Positions 27,722-38,081 of a DNA stretch of 64,000 nucleotides are shown piece by piece. Location: assembly GCA_963664395.2 (NCBI GenBank), contig OY761159.2, forward strand, positions 544,001 through 608,000, given 5' to 3'. The stretch's first letter is position 1; each line of letters opens with the position of its first letter. Below the pieces are notes generated by a model. It saw only the letters and a program-made list of their open reading frames with translations. It had not been told where the DNA came from and ran no database searches. This DNA is from Candidatus Binatia bacterium. GTDB lineage: Bacteria > Desulfobacterota > Binatia > Bin18. The position numbers and the translations under genes were made by a program.

Positions 27722-28987
27722 GTGATGGACTGGACACATTTGGTTGACTTGGAAAAACGCACGGTCAGCCCTCGGGTTTTTGTTGACGAAGAGGTCTACC
27801 GGGACGAGCAGGAGCGGATCTTCGGCCGCTGTTGGCTCTATCTGGCGCATGAATCTCAGCTCCCGAATCCGGGCGACTTCGTGACCTGCTACATGGGCGA
27901 GGAGTCGGTTCTGGTATGCCGGACGGCAGACGGAAAAATCCGGGCCTTTCTGAACTCCTGTCGCCATCGCGGCGTGCGTATCTGCCGCCTGGACGCCGGC
28001 AGCGCCAAAACGTTTACCTGCCCCTACCACGGCTGGACGTATGACAACCAGGGCCGGCTGATCGGTGTGCCGCAATTCAAGGAAGCCTATTACGAAGAGC
28101 TCAAACGGGAAGACTGGGGTCTGCTCGAAGTCCCCCGTGTGGAATCGTTTCGCGGCCTCATCTTTGCCTGTTTAGACGAGAACACCCAGAGCCTGGATTC
28201 CTATCTCGGGAATATGAAGTGGTATCTTGACCTCATCTTCAACAAAACTGAAGGTGGCATGGTTGCAATGCCAGGATTGCACCGCTGGAATCTTGGCGGC
28301 AATTGGAAGCTGGCCGCCGAGCAGTTTAACGGTGACAACTATCATACCGGTTCCGCGCACGAGAGCATGATGAAAATCGGCCTCGGCCCGGCAGGTGGGG
28401 AATTTCTGGGTGACCAGCCCTGGGTGCGAGACTTTGAAGCCAAGCTGGATAACGGGCATGGCTGGATCAATTTTAAGATTGACATGGCCGGCGGTGTGCC
28501 CGACCCTCTGGCGCACCATATGGAGCGGATGCAGGCTGCTGCAAGACAACGCCTGACGCCGGCCCAAAGCGAGCTGGTCGGCTGTGTCCATGTGGGAACA
28601 GTTTTCCCGAATTTTTCCATCCTGACCTTTCTTGGTTTCTTGACCATTCGGGTCTGGCATCCCCGTAGCCCTCACAATATGGAGGTCTATTCTTGGGGGA
28701 TGATCGAAAAAGAGGCGCCGCCCGAGGTGGTTGAGATCGCTCGGAAGATGCAGATTCTGACCTTTTCACCCAGCGGAATATTCGAACAGGACGACGGCGA
28801 GATGTGGGGCAATAGTGTCAAGGCCATGAGTGGCGCGTACCGCCGGAACTTCCCCCTCAACTACCAGATGGGTGCCGGGCATGGCCGCACCGACCCGGAC
28901 AAGCCCGGTCTGATCCATCCACCCTCAACGGAAATCGGCATCTTTGGTGTGTACGAACAATGGCAGACCCTCATGGGCGGCGCATAA
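27722..28987 (+). CDS. Rieske aromatic ring-hydroxylating dioxygenase alpha subunit
   Basis: CRHRG...CPYHGW Rieske motif, NWKLAAEQF.GD.YH....H, EQDD. Confidence 0.95.
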   Translation: MMDWTHLVDLEKRTVSPRVFVDEEVYRDEQERIFGRCWLYLAHESQLPNPGDFVTCYMGEESVLVCRTADGKIRAFLNSCRHRGVRICRLDAGSAKTFTCPYHGWTYDNQGRLIGVPQFKEAYYEELKREDWGLLEVPRVESFRGLIFACLDENTQSLDSYLGNMKWYLDLIFNKTEGGMVAMPGLHRWNLGGNWKLAAEQFNGDNYHTGSAHESMMKIGLGPAGGEFLGDQPWVRDFEAKLDNGHGWINFKIDMAGGVPDPLAHHMERMQAAARQRLTPAQSELVGCVHVGTVFPNFSILTFLGFLTIRVWHPRSPHNMEVYSWGMIEKEAPPEVVEIARKMQILTFSPSGIFEQDDGEMWGNSVKAMSGAYRRNFPLNYQMGAGHGRTDPDKPGLIHPPSTEIGIFGVYEQWQTLMGGA

Positions 28988-29000
28988 GGGGGCTCTCCCG

Positions 29001-29519
29001 ATGAACACGGAATACCGCATCCAACTCCGTCACGAGTTCGAAGAGCTGCTCTATCACGAGGCCTGGCTGCTGGATAATGACAAGCTCGAAGAATGGCTTG
29101 ACCTGTTTGCAGACACGATTCGCTATTGGGCCCCGGTCCGCAGCAATCTGCAGGCAGGCCAGGAAGATCTTCTCAGGCCGCATCTCCTGGCCCACTTTGA
29201 TGATGATAAAATCAGCCTGACCTTACGCGTCAAACGTCTGAGAACTGGGGCTGCCCATGCCGAAGAGCCACGCTCACGCATCCGGCATTTTGTCTCTAAC
29301 GTTCAAATTCTTGAGACCCACGGACCGGACCGAGCGCCGGACCGAGTAAAGGTCGGCTCAAATTTTCAGGTCTTCCGCAGTCGCTGGGAAGGGACCGAGC
29401 ACTTGTTTGTTGGCTGCCGAGAAGACTGGTGGCGGCGCATGGACAACACCTGGAAGAATGAAGAACGCTTTATCCTCCTTGACCACAACGTACTGGAGAA
29501 TGTGACCGTATTTTTCTAA
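29001..29519 (+). CDS. aromatic ring-hydroxylating dioxygenase beta subunit
   Basis: LYHEAWLLD, YWAP, AEEPRSRIRHFVSN. Confidence 0.93.
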   Translation: MNTEYRIQLRHEFEELLYHEAWLLDNDKLEEWLDLFADTIRYWAPVRSNLQAGQEDLLRPHLLAHFDDDKISLTLRVKRLRTGAAHAEEPRSRIRHFVSNVQILETHGPDRAPDRVKVGSNFQVFRSRWEGTEHLFVGCREDWWRRMDNTWKNEERFILLDHNVLENVTVFF

Positions 29520-29544
29520 TACAGACCCTCAGTAAGGACACGGT

Positions 29545-30354
29545 ATGGATGCCTCAATCACTGAACTCTTCAATCTCGACGGCCAGGTCGCCCTCATCAC
29601 CGGCGGTGCCAAAGGCATCGGCCAGGGCGTCGCGGAAATCCTGGCCGCGGCCGGTGCACACGTTGCCCTGGCGGATACGGACGCGGAAACCGCGGCCGCC
29701 ACGGCCAAGGCCCTAAACGATCAGGGCCGGACAGCCCTGGCGGTTGGCGCGGACACATCCGACGAGACCTCCGTCAAAAATATGGTGGTCGCGGTCATGG
29801 ACAAATTCCAGCGCATCGACATTCTGGTCAATAACGCGGCTATCTACCCCATGGCCCGGTTGGCCGAAATGGAAACCGCGCTCTGGGATAAAGTGCTGGG
29901 AGTGAACCTGCGCGGTCCGTTCCTGTGCACCCGCTTTGCCGCAGAGCATATGATAGCCGGCGGGCGCGGCGGGCGGATTATTAATATCTCCTCCATCAAT
30001 ACGGCCCGGACCTATCTGGGCATGGCCCATTATGATGCCAGCAAAGGCGGCCTCAACGCGTTTACCCGAGCGAGCGCGCTGGAGTATGCGCCGCATAAAA
30101 TTACGGTCAATACGATTGCGCCGGGGGCGGTGAAAACGCCGGGCTCCCTACGCGTGCGGAGTAATCTGGCCAAGGAAATGGGGCATGAGACGACGGAGCC
30201 GCTCGACGCCGCGTTTGCGGAAAAAATCCCGCTCGGGGATTGGGCCCAGCCGACTGATATTGGCCAGGCGGTGCTGCTGCTCACCAGTCGAGCGGCGCAT
30301 TATATTACCGGCCAGTTGATATATGTGGACGGCGGCCTGATGCTCATGATGTAG
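29545..30354 (+). CDS. SDR family oxidoreductase
   Basis: TGGAKGIG, NNAA, YDASKG. Confidence 0.93.
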   Translation: MDASITELFNLDGQVALITGGAKGIGQGVAEILAAAGAHVALADTDAETAAATAKALNDQGRTALAVGADTSDETSVKNMVVAVMDKFQRIDILVNNAAIYPMARLAEMETALWDKVLGVNLRGPFLCTRFAAEHMIAGGRGGRIINISSINTARTYLGMAHYDASKGGLNAFTRASALEYAPHKITVNTIAPGAVKTPGSLRVRSNLAKEMGHETTEPLDAAFAEKIPLGDWAQPTDIGQAVLLLTSRAAHYITGQLIYVDGGLMLMM

Positions 30355-30375
30355 TCAGCATAGAGAGGAACGGCA

Positions 30376-31887
30376 ATGGGTGCACGTACTGGCCAGGAAT
30401 ATATTGACGGACTCCGAGACGACCGGGAGCTATACGTCAACGGCGAACTCGTCCGTGACGTGACCCGCTACCCCGCCTTTCAGGGCGTCATACGGGAGAT
30501 GGCTCAGCTGTACGACCGGCAGCACCAGGAAGCCTATAAAGATATTCTGACCTATCCCTCTCCCACCTCGAATGAGCCGGTCAGTACCTCGTTTGTTTTG
30601 GCTGAAAGCTGGCAGGACATTGAAAAACGACGCTTTGGTGAGACAGCCCGCTGTGAGCTGACGTGCGGTATGATGGGCCGCCTGCCCGACTATATGAACG
30701 CCTTTGTGTCAGACATGGCTGCCATCACTGCGTGGCTGGGGCGTCACGAACCGCGCTTTGGGGAGAACGCCTGGGCGTATTATGAGCTGTGCCGTGAAAA
30801 GGATTTATGTCTCACGCATACCCTGGTTGATCCGCAGATCGACAAGACCAAAGGCGTCGAAGACCAGGAAAGCGTCAGGATCGTCAAGGAGACCGATGCC
30901 GGCCTTATCGTCAATGGCGCGCGCATGCTATCCACGCTCGCTCCAATCAGCGACGACATCTGGGTCGCGCCCTATATGCCCCGCAAGCCGGGACAAGAAA
31001 ATTATGCGCTGAGCTTTTCCATTCCCATGGCGACGCCGGGGCTCAAATTCATTTGCCGAGAGCCCTACGATACGAATGCCGGAGACTTTAATCGTCCCTT
31101 GAGTAGCCGTTTTGACGAAGGCGACGCCATCGCCATTTTTGACAATGTTCTGGTCCCGTGGGAGCGGGTTTTTGCGGCCCGGGATTTGGAAACGTATAAC
31201 CTCATTGCCCCACGCCTGCCGGGCTATTTTGCCTTACAGGCTGTCATTCGGGGCGCGGTCAAACTCCGCTTTATGACCGGCCTGGCCGGTCTTGTCGCGC
31301 ATGCTATTGGGCGCTCAGAGATTGTGCGCTACCAGGAACTCATAGGGGAACTCGTCTCGTTCGTTGAACTGGCCGACGGCTTGGTAACGGCTACGGCGCA
31401 TGAAGTCTGGGCAAACGCCCAAGCCGGCGAAGGCGAGACTGATTCAGCATCACAAGCAGTCTCTGCGGCAAAGAGTTTCGTTCCTGGTCTGGCAACGCTG
31501 TTCGGCGCGCCGGACAAAGGCATGCTAGGCATCACCACGCTCCGCATCTTTTTCCCGTTCGTTCATGCTCGCGCAGTTGAGGTTATGCGCCTTGCGGGCA
31601 GTAGCGGCCTGGTCATGACCCCCACGGAGCAAGACTTTGCCAACCCTGCGCTTCAAGACCTCTTGCCACGCTATCTGCGCGGACGTGACACGCCCGCCGA
31701 GGAGCGGGTGCGCATCATGAAGCTGGCCTGGGATGCCATCAGCACTCAGTTTGGTGGACGGCAATTATTATACGAGTGGTTTTTTGCCGGTGATCCAATT
31801 AATAACCGGATTCTGTATTACGGGACACATAAACGCAGCGAATGTGAAGCCCTCGTTCGTAATTTTCTCGACTCTCTCAAAGGATAA
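30376..31887 (+). CDS. 4-hydroxyphenylacetate 3-hydroxylase (HpaB)-family flavin monooxygenase
   Basis: RTGQEYIDGLRD, MGRLPDYMN, PLSSRFDEGD, FGGRQLLYE.FFAGDP. Confidence 0.92.
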   Translation: MGARTGQEYIDGLRDDRELYVNGELVRDVTRYPAFQGVIREMAQLYDRQHQEAYKDILTYPSPTSNEPVSTSFVLAESWQDIEKRRFGETARCELTCGMMGRLPDYMNAFVSDMAAITAWLGRHEPRFGENAWAYYELCREKDLCLTHTLVDPQIDKTKGVEDQESVRIVKETDAGLIVNGARMLSTLAPISDDIWVAPYMPRKPGQENYALSFSIPMATPGLKFICREPYDTNAGDFNRPLSSRFDEGDAIAIFDNVLVPWERVFAARDLETYNLIAPRLPGYFALQAVIRGAVKLRFMTGLAGLVAHAIGRSEIVRYQELIGELVSFVELADGLVTATAHEVWANAQAGEGETDSASQAVSAAKSFVPGLATLFGAPDKGMLGITTLRIFFPFVHARAVEVMRLAGSSGLVMTPTEQDFANPALQDLLPRYLRGRDTPAEERVRIMKLAWDAISTQFGGRQLLYEWFFAGDPINNRILYYGTHKRSECEALVRNFLDSLKG

Positions 31888-31898
31888 GAGGTGACAGC

Positions 31899-32918
31899 AT
31901 GGCGGAATATCGAAAGCACGAAGCACGCGAATGGGCCAAAGCAACTATGCGGGGAGTGGCAAATACCATCACCCCGACCTTTACCCATGACTTACGCAGC
32001 CTGAACGAAAGAGCCATTCGGCACGATGTGCGCAAAGAAATCGAATATGGCTTTTGGGGTACCTTACTCGTTGCCGAAGCCGCGACAACGCTTGACGAGT
32101 ACGTTCAATTTGCGCAGTGGGCGGCGGAAGAATCCAAGGGAAATCTTCACCTCATTCACCATGCCAGCTTCAATACCCTGGAAGAAAATATCGAAGCCGT
32201 CCAAGCGACCGAACGAGCCGGCGCTGACCTCGTACTCCTCTCCTACCCGCCAACCTTTTATCCGGATAGCGCCGACGATATTTATCGCTACACCAAAACG
32301 TTTTGTGACAACACCAATCTCGCCGTGATGCTCTTCCCCGTGCCGCTGTGGGGTTTTGAACGTATCCATCCGGCCGCGGGGTTTGGTCCGGATCTGATCA
32401 AGCGCTTACTCGACGAGGTGCCGAATATCGCTGCAATCAAAGCGGAAGGGGGCATGCCGTCCATCGGCGGCTTTGTGGATGTCTACACCCGCTTTAGCGA
32501 TCGCGTCGTGGTGACTGAACCGATTGAAGGCAACGGGCTGCCCATGGCCAGCCTGGTGCCCATGCAGTTTATGGGGACGAGTAATTATGAGTACTGGGGG
32601 CCTATGATCCCCAGGATTTTCGGCCTGATCCAGGACGGCCAATTTGCAGCCGCTATGGAATTGTACTGGCAGATCCAACCTGCGCGGCAGGCCAGTATGC
32701 AAGCCATGGCCATGCTTGCGGGGGCAAATTTTTTACATCGCATGCTGTGGAAATACCAAGGCTGGCTGAGCGGCTTTAACGGCGGCCCGCTCCGCACGCC
32801 GACCATGCGCCTGAACGATCGCCAGATGAAGCCCTTACGCCAGGGGCTAATCGCCTCCGGACTCGAAGTCCCGGTTGAAGACGACAAAGAGTTTTTTATC
32901 GGGCGTAATCCGGCCTAG
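31899..32918 (+). CDS. dihydrodipicolinate synthase-family aldolase/lyase
   Basis: TIM-barrel pattern with IAAIKAE Schiff-base Lys, LLSYPP. Confidence 0.8.
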   Translation: MAEYRKHEAREWAKATMRGVANTITPTFTHDLRSLNERAIRHDVRKEIEYGFWGTLLVAEAATTLDEYVQFAQWAAEESKGNLHLIHHASFNTLEENIEAVQATERAGADLVLLSYPPTFYPDSADDIYRYTKTFCDNTNLAVMLFPVPLWGFERIHPAAGFGPDLIKRLLDEVPNIAAIKAEGGMPSIGGFVDVYTRFSDRVVVTEPIEGNGLPMASLVPMQFMGTSNYEYWGPMIPRIFGLIQDGQFAAAMELYWQIQPARQASMQAMAMLAGANFLHRMLWKYQGWLSGFNGGPLRTPTMRLNDRQMKPLRQGLIASGLEVPVEDDKEFFIGRNPA

Positions 32919-32927
32919 GGAGACCTC

Positions 32928-33917
32928 GTGACATTACTCCTGACGAACAAGGACGTGGAACAAGCCACGGACATCACGGCCCAGATCGACAGCATCGAAC
33001 AGGGCCTGCATGAAGAGGCCAGAAACGCGGTTGACCTTCCCCCGCGGCTGAACCTGGCAACCACTTCGGGCTTTTTTCGCGTCATGCCGGCGGTGATGCG
33101 AGACAGCGGCCTGATGGGGTATAAGGTTTTTCATGGATCGGTCCAGCATGGCGTGCGCTATCTCATTGCGGTCTATGATGAAAAAGACGGGCGACTCTTG
33201 TCGCTCATGGACGCCGCCTATCTGACCGCGACGCGCACCGGCGCAACGACCGGCGTAGCCACCAAGCACATGGCGCCATCTGAAGCCAAGACTGTTGGTG
33301 TGATTGGCTCAGGCTTGGAGGCAACCACAAACTTGCAGGCCGTATGCGCCGTCCGACCGATTGAAACCGGCAAGGTCTTCAGCCCCACCCCAGCGCATCG
33401 TGAACGCTTTGCCGGGCGGATGAGCGAGCAACTGGGCATCACCCTCAGCGCGGTCGATACCCCGGAGGAAGCGGTCAGCGGGGTTGATATTGTGGTGGTT
33501 GCGACCAACACCACCGGTGTCGGTGATCTGATCGCCTACCGTGGCAAATGGATGGAAGCCAGCAGCCACATCAATTCGATTGGCTCAACCGGCTTACAAT
33601 TGCGTGAGATTGATGCCGCGACATTCCAACGCGCGGAGCGCATTGTGGTGGATTCACGAGTGCAGATGGAGGGTGAGTCAGGCGACCTCAAAGCCGCAAT
33701 GGAAACCGGCACGTATGACCGCGCCAAGGTCATAGAACTCAAGGAAGTGGTCGCCGGTCGCGCCCAAGGCCGTTCAGGCCCGGACGAGATCACCCTGTTC
33801 AAATCCGTTGGCACCGCCATCCAGGATGTCGCCGCCGGCTTCGCGGTCTACAAAGAAGCCGTGCGCCAAGGGCTCGGGCAGGATGTCGGCGAGTTTCTGG
33901 AGCTGAAGACATTTTAG
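32928..33917 (+). CDS. ornithine cyclodeaminase/mu-crystallin family protein
   Basis: LTATRTGA, GVIGSG, HINSIG, ITLFKSVGTAIQD. Confidence 0.92.
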   Translation: MTLLLTNKDVEQATDITAQIDSIEQGLHEEARNAVDLPPRLNLATTSGFFRVMPAVMRDSGLMGYKVFHGSVQHGVRYLIAVYDEKDGRLLSLMDAAYLTATRTGATTGVATKHMAPSEAKTVGVIGSGLEATTNLQAVCAVRPIETGKVFSPTPAHRERFAGRMSEQLGITLSAVDTPEEAVSGVDIVVVATNTTGVGDLIAYRGKWMEASSHINSIGSTGLQLREIDAATFQRAERIVVDSRVQMEGESGDLKAAMETGTYDRAKVIELKEVVAGRAQGRSGPDEITLFKSVGTAIQDVAAGFAVYKEAVRQGLGQDVGEFLELKTF

Positions 33918-33959
33918 GCGGAGGCGTCCCCGGCCCCAAGAAACCCGGCGGCGTGACGT

Positions 33960-35387
33960 TCAAGCACGTTGAGCCCGGACCTGCCGGGCCGCACGCTGGC
34001 CTGTCCAGTACGCTCCGTGGACCGTCCCAGGGTCATAGAGATGCAGGGCTTCCCCGGCGAAAAACAGCCGACCGGCAATCGGTCTTGAAAGAATCTTCGG
34101 CTCCCCACCGTTCGCCCCGACACGGAGATAGGCATACGACCCTCGCGCAAACGGGTCCGAACGCCAACGCTGGATCATCACATCGGTTGGCTCGGGAACA
34201 GCCGTCCCCATCACACCAGAGAGTTCTTTCCGCAGCCGCGTCACAACAGCCTGGTCTGACAGCTCCTCAATGTCGTGGGCGGCAGTTCCGCCGCTGAGAC
34301 CGACCAGTATGGGCACACCGGCATAGGCAGCGAAATTGACATAAAAAGAGCACAGGCTGTTGCCGCACACAAAAACAAAATCCGGCTCCTCGGGCCAAAA
34401 CGCGCGCGGAAAACGAAGGATAATCTTATTAAAGAGTCCCATACCGAGGCGTGACAATGCGGTCCGATGTGGGTGAGGTAATACCGGTTCAAAGGTGATC
34501 CGGTCCGATTGCAGCACTCCAATCGGGACGGTGACAATCACCCCGTCTGCGGTAAACGTTTCCCGCCCTGTCTCGGCCCGGATACCGTCTGCCCCATACC
34601 CAATTCGCCTGACAGTCTGACCGAATCGGACCGGGAGACCTTCAGCCAGGTGCCGAACAAGTCTGTCCATCCCATCGAGCACAAATTGCTCCCCCGAGGC
34701 GAACCCTTCCCCGGTTGGCCCGGTTATCGATTCGTATAATAGGCCGGCAAAACCGAGGTCTTGTGGCGGCACGGCGTAGAGGTTCTCTATACCCCTTTCG
34801 ATCCGGCAGCGCGCCAGACGGCCGGCCTCAGTCAACGGAGCGGGAATCGTGCTCAAGACATCGGCGACCGAAACCTTGGTGCCGGGGCGTCCAAGCCAAC
34901 CACGCGCCAGGGTCGAGACATAGGTCCAGCCGCTGTGTCGATACACCGCGGCCTCCAATTTCGCATATTCGGACTCAAATGCGGCGCGGGGAACGGCTGA
35001 CCGCCCGACAGTGCCCAACTGATAGGCCGCCATATTGCCGTAATCGCTCACCCGCGTCCTGATACCCAGACTTGCAGCAACGGCCTTGAGCGGATTGCCC
35101 GGCCCGCCGTGCAGCCAGGATGCCCCGAGGTCGATAGGGGTCTCAAAGCGTCGGTCAGTCCAGACCCGACCGCCTATACGCTCCCGGGCTTCAAGAATGG
35201 TGACCGCATAGCCAGCTCGGGTGAGATCACGGGCCGCGGCCAGCCCGCTCACGCCTGCCCCAACAATAAGGACTTTGCCGCCAGGAGGAACGGCAGAGTG
35301 CGTTTGAGACTGACAACCGGGCAACACGACCGCCCCCGCCCCCAGCACCAGCTTATGAAAGTCGCGGCGCGCGATGGGGGTCTCCAC
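33960..35387 (-). CDS. flavin monoamine oxidase-family protein with twin-arginine lipoprotein signal (start uncertain, 35387 or 35402)
   Basis: ARRDFHK..LPG-C; VGAGVSGLAAA, EARERIGGRV, DLGASWLHG, FAGEA, TVHGAY. Confidence 0.9.
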   Translation of the reverse strand: METPIARRDFHKLVLGAGAVVLPGCQSQTHSAVPPGGKVLIVGAGVSGLAAARDLTRAGYAVTILEARERIGGRVWTDRRFETPIDLGASWLHGGPGNPLKAVAASLGIRTRVSDYGNMAAYQLGTVGRSAVPRAAFESEYAKLEAAVYRHSGWTYVSTLARGWLGRPGTKVSVADVLSTIPAPLTEAGRLARCRIERGIENLYAVPPQDLGFAGLLYESITGPTGEGFASGEQFVLDGMDRLVRHLAEGLPVRFGQTVRRIGYGADGIRAETGRETFTADGVIVTVPIGVLQSDRITFEPVLPHPHRTALSRLGMGLFNKIILRFPRAFWPEEPDFVFVCGNSLCSFYVNFAAYAGVPILVGLSGGTAAHDIEELSDQAVVTRLRKELSGVMGTAVPEPTDVMIQRWRSDPFARGSYAYLRVGANGGEPKILSRPIAGRLFFAGEALHLYDPGTVHGAYWTGQRAARQVRAQRA

Positions 35388-35398
35388 ATCACCCCTGC

Positions 35399-36934
35399 TC
35401 ACGCCTTCCGATTGAGTACATACTGCGGAGCCATCTCCCGGTCCATATATTGATTTAAGAATTCGACACACACGGGACGGCATTGCCGGAAGAGGTCAGC
35501 TCGCTGAAGATCCTGGGCAGTCGGCGGCTGAGAGGCTGCCTCACGGAGCTGTTCGAGCACGTCTTCTTTGTTGAAACGTAAGTGCTTGCGGTTTTCCATG
35601 ACAAGCTCACCGTCAATAATGACCGTCTCTACATCCGTCCCCTTGGCTCGGTAGACGAAGGCATCAGCCATATGAATGTCAGGCGCGAGATACGGCTGGG
35701 TCATCGTCTGTAGGTTCACGAGAATGATATCTGCAGCGCGGCCCGGTTCGAGTTTGCCGATAGAGTCTTTTTGCAGCGCGGCCTGTGCTCCATTTAACGT
35801 GGCCATACGGATGACGTCATGCGGACTGACCCAGGGCGACGGCGGACGTGGCAGACGGTGCAGCTTAGAGACCAAACGCAGCTCTTGGACCATATCGTCA
35901 TCATCGTTCAACGTTCCTCCATCAGTCCCAATCCCAATATTGACTCCGCGCTCTTTCATAAAAGCAACCGGCGCGATGCCACTCCGCAGACGCAGGTTTG
36001 AGCTCGCGTTGTGGCACACCGTCACCCCGGTCTCGGCCATGAGCGCCACATCGTCCTGCGTCGTCCAGACTGCATGCGCAAACGAGGTGCGTGGACCAAG
36101 CAGATGCATAGCGTGGAGCCAGGCAACATTACTCTTACCGTAGTTCTTAAAGAAGTATTCAGCTTGATACGGCGTCTCGACTACATGAATGTGGAGTCCC
36201 CGTCCCTTTTGTACTTGCTCACCAATCGCTTCCAGAATATCCGGCGTTGTCCAGACTGAATTAATCGGTCCGTAGAGGATTTTTACCTTGGCCGCTCCCT
36301 CCTCATCGCGTTCGGCATAATATTTCTCAACAAGTTTCATATACATATCGCGGGAGATTGGCGGACGGGCATTCAGGGCGGCTGCAACCTGTTTTCGGAG
36401 GTCCGCGCTCAGTTGTTGGAGGAACCAATCGTCGTCATAGGCAAACGGATGTTGATTCATCACCTCGAGCGCCAGGGCAACGCGCTGGCCTGAAGTCTCG
36501 TAGGCTTTCAGCGTAGCGTTGACCTCATCTTCATAGTTCTCCGTTCGACAGAAATGACTGTGCAACACCGTAGTCACCCCGGACTCGAGCAACTTCATAT
36601 TGGCGTAGAGCGTATCCACATAGACATTGGTCGGCGATTTGAGCATCACCAAGTCGTAGATCCACGGTTCTAAGGTGTCGTCCAACGCGCCCTGCTGGAC
36701 AGCACTCAGCCCCCACCCGTGATGATGTACGTCTACGAGGCCCGGCATAATGAGGTGTTCGTTTGAACCGATCTCTCGATGGTCGGGATAGTGCCTTTTG
36801 AGCGCGGTATAACTCCCCACTGCAGCAATGCGTGTCCCAGTCACGGCAACGGCAGCATCCGGCAGGACTTCAGTTTTTTCGCCTGGCGGCGCTGGGTTGA
36901 GGAGATATTTCCCCCGTACGAGTAGTTGGTTCAT
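35399..36934 (-). CDS. metal-dependent amidohydrolase (AtzA/TrzA/SAH-deaminase-like)
   Basis: PGLVDVHHH, HIHVVE, AHAVW, GTDG. Confidence 0.92.
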   Translation of the reverse strand: MNQLLVRGKYLLNPAPPGEKTEVLPDAAVAVTGTRIAAVGSYTALKRHYPDHREIGSNEHLIMPGLVDVHHHGWGLSAVQQGALDDTLEPWIYDLVMLKSPTNVYVDTLYANMKLLESGVTTVLHSHFCRTENYEDEVNATLKAYETSGQRVALALEVMNQHPFAYDDDWFLQQLSADLRKQVAAALNARPPISRDMYMKLVEKYYAERDEEGAAKVKILYGPINSVWTTPDILEAIGEQVQKGRGLHIHVVETPYQAEYFFKNYGKSNVAWLHAMHLLGPRTSFAHAVWTTQDDVALMAETGVTVCHNASSNLRLRSGIAPVAFMKERGVNIGIGTDGGTLNDDDDMVQELRLVSKLHRLPRPPSPWVSPHDVIRMATLNGAQAALQKDSIGKLEPGRAADIILVNLQTMTQPYLAPDIHMADAFVYRAKGTDVETVIIDGELVMENRKHLRFNKEDVLEQLREAASQPPTAQDLQRADLFRQCRPVCVEFLNQYMDREMAPQYVLNRKA

Positions 36935-36950
36935 GTGCTTTCTCCTCTCA

Positions 36951-37943
36951 CTAAAACGCCGCCTTCAGCCGCTCCTTGGGATATTCTGCCCCGACGACAT
37001 GTTCGATGGTCATGGCACGGACCATCTGATAGGTACGCACCCGGAAAGCAGGATCACACGACATGCGGATGTACATGTCTTGCGGCTTAATGTCGTAGTC
37101 TTCACGTAGCCATTCGAGCATATTCTGGGCCGCATCATACACGGCCTGCTCCATGGGTCGGTTAATACCCACCGCCACAATGCTGTCGGGCTTGTCAATA
37201 CGCACGCAGGGCAAGCGTTTGTTCTTCACTACCGTACAGCTCAGTTGCACGGTGGCGCGGGTTTCATCCGCAATGCCGGTAAACTCGGTGTCTCCCTGGC
37301 TGCCGTGGATATCGCCGATATACAGCAGCCCACCCTGGTTATACGAGTTCAAATAAATCGTGTGCCCCGCGCAAATATCGCGACAATCGATATTGCCGCC
37401 AAAGGGGCCTTGGCCGAGTAAAGACGTGAAGACTTCACGCTCCGGCGCAGTCGCCAGCGTGCCACAAAAGGGTTGGAGGTCCCACGTAAGCCTATCAGAA
37501 TAGACGCCTTTGCCGTCGCGGGTATGACCACTCGGTCCGGGCAGATGCTCAATCACCTGTACGCGCGCCTGAGAACATTGGCCATCAAAGAGGGTTGAAT
37601 TACCGTACGGCCCTATGCCGGGCAGAATGCCGGAAAAGCCGTAGCGCCAGGGATCGATAAAGTCGATATGCACGGCCAGTACATCACCCGCCTCGCAGCC
37701 TTCTATATAAATCGGACCGACTACGGGATTGTACTTCGGGGGATACGCGACCGCGAGCGCTGCAACGTGAGGATCATCCACAAACTGATGGACAGTTGGA
37801 TTATCGCTGTCGTCCTCAATCAATCCCGTCAGCGCGTCGTCTGTCTCAACCTGGAAGACTTCAGCAGGCTGGACCCGTAAGACGGGCGCGTCTCGGTTAT
37901 CGAAGGCATATTTTGTTACCTCGCCGCGTTTAATTTTTTGCAT
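36951..37943 (-). CDS. acetamidase/formamidase family protein
   Basis: NPVVGPIYIEG, GGNIDC, IGDIHGSQGDTE. Confidence 0.9.
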   Translation of the reverse strand: MQKIKRGEVTKYAFDNRDAPVLRVQPAEVFQVETDDALTGLIEDDSDNPTVHQFVDDPHVAALAVAYPPKYNPVVGPIYIEGCEAGDVLAVHIDFIDPWRYGFSGILPGIGPYGNSTLFDGQCSQARVQVIEHLPGPSGHTRDGKGVYSDRLTWDLQPFCGTLATAPEREVFTSLLGQGPFGGNIDCRDICAGHTIYLNSYNQGGLLYIGDIHGSQGDTEFTGIADETRATVQLSCTVVKNKRLPCVRIDKPDSIVAVGINRPMEQAVYDAAQNMLEWLREDYDIKPQDMYIRMSCDPAFRVRTYQMVRAMTIEHVVGAEYPKERLKAAF

Positions 37944-38081
37944 AACCTTCCTCCTTTTCCTTCGCGTAGCGTTGATCGGCCCAAATTGTGACACCAGCCG
38001 GAGCTCTCTGCAAGCGAAAACTACTTGAGTCTTGACACGGCAAAAGAGAAGGAGGAAGACCACAGGGTAAAGGAGTCAGCC

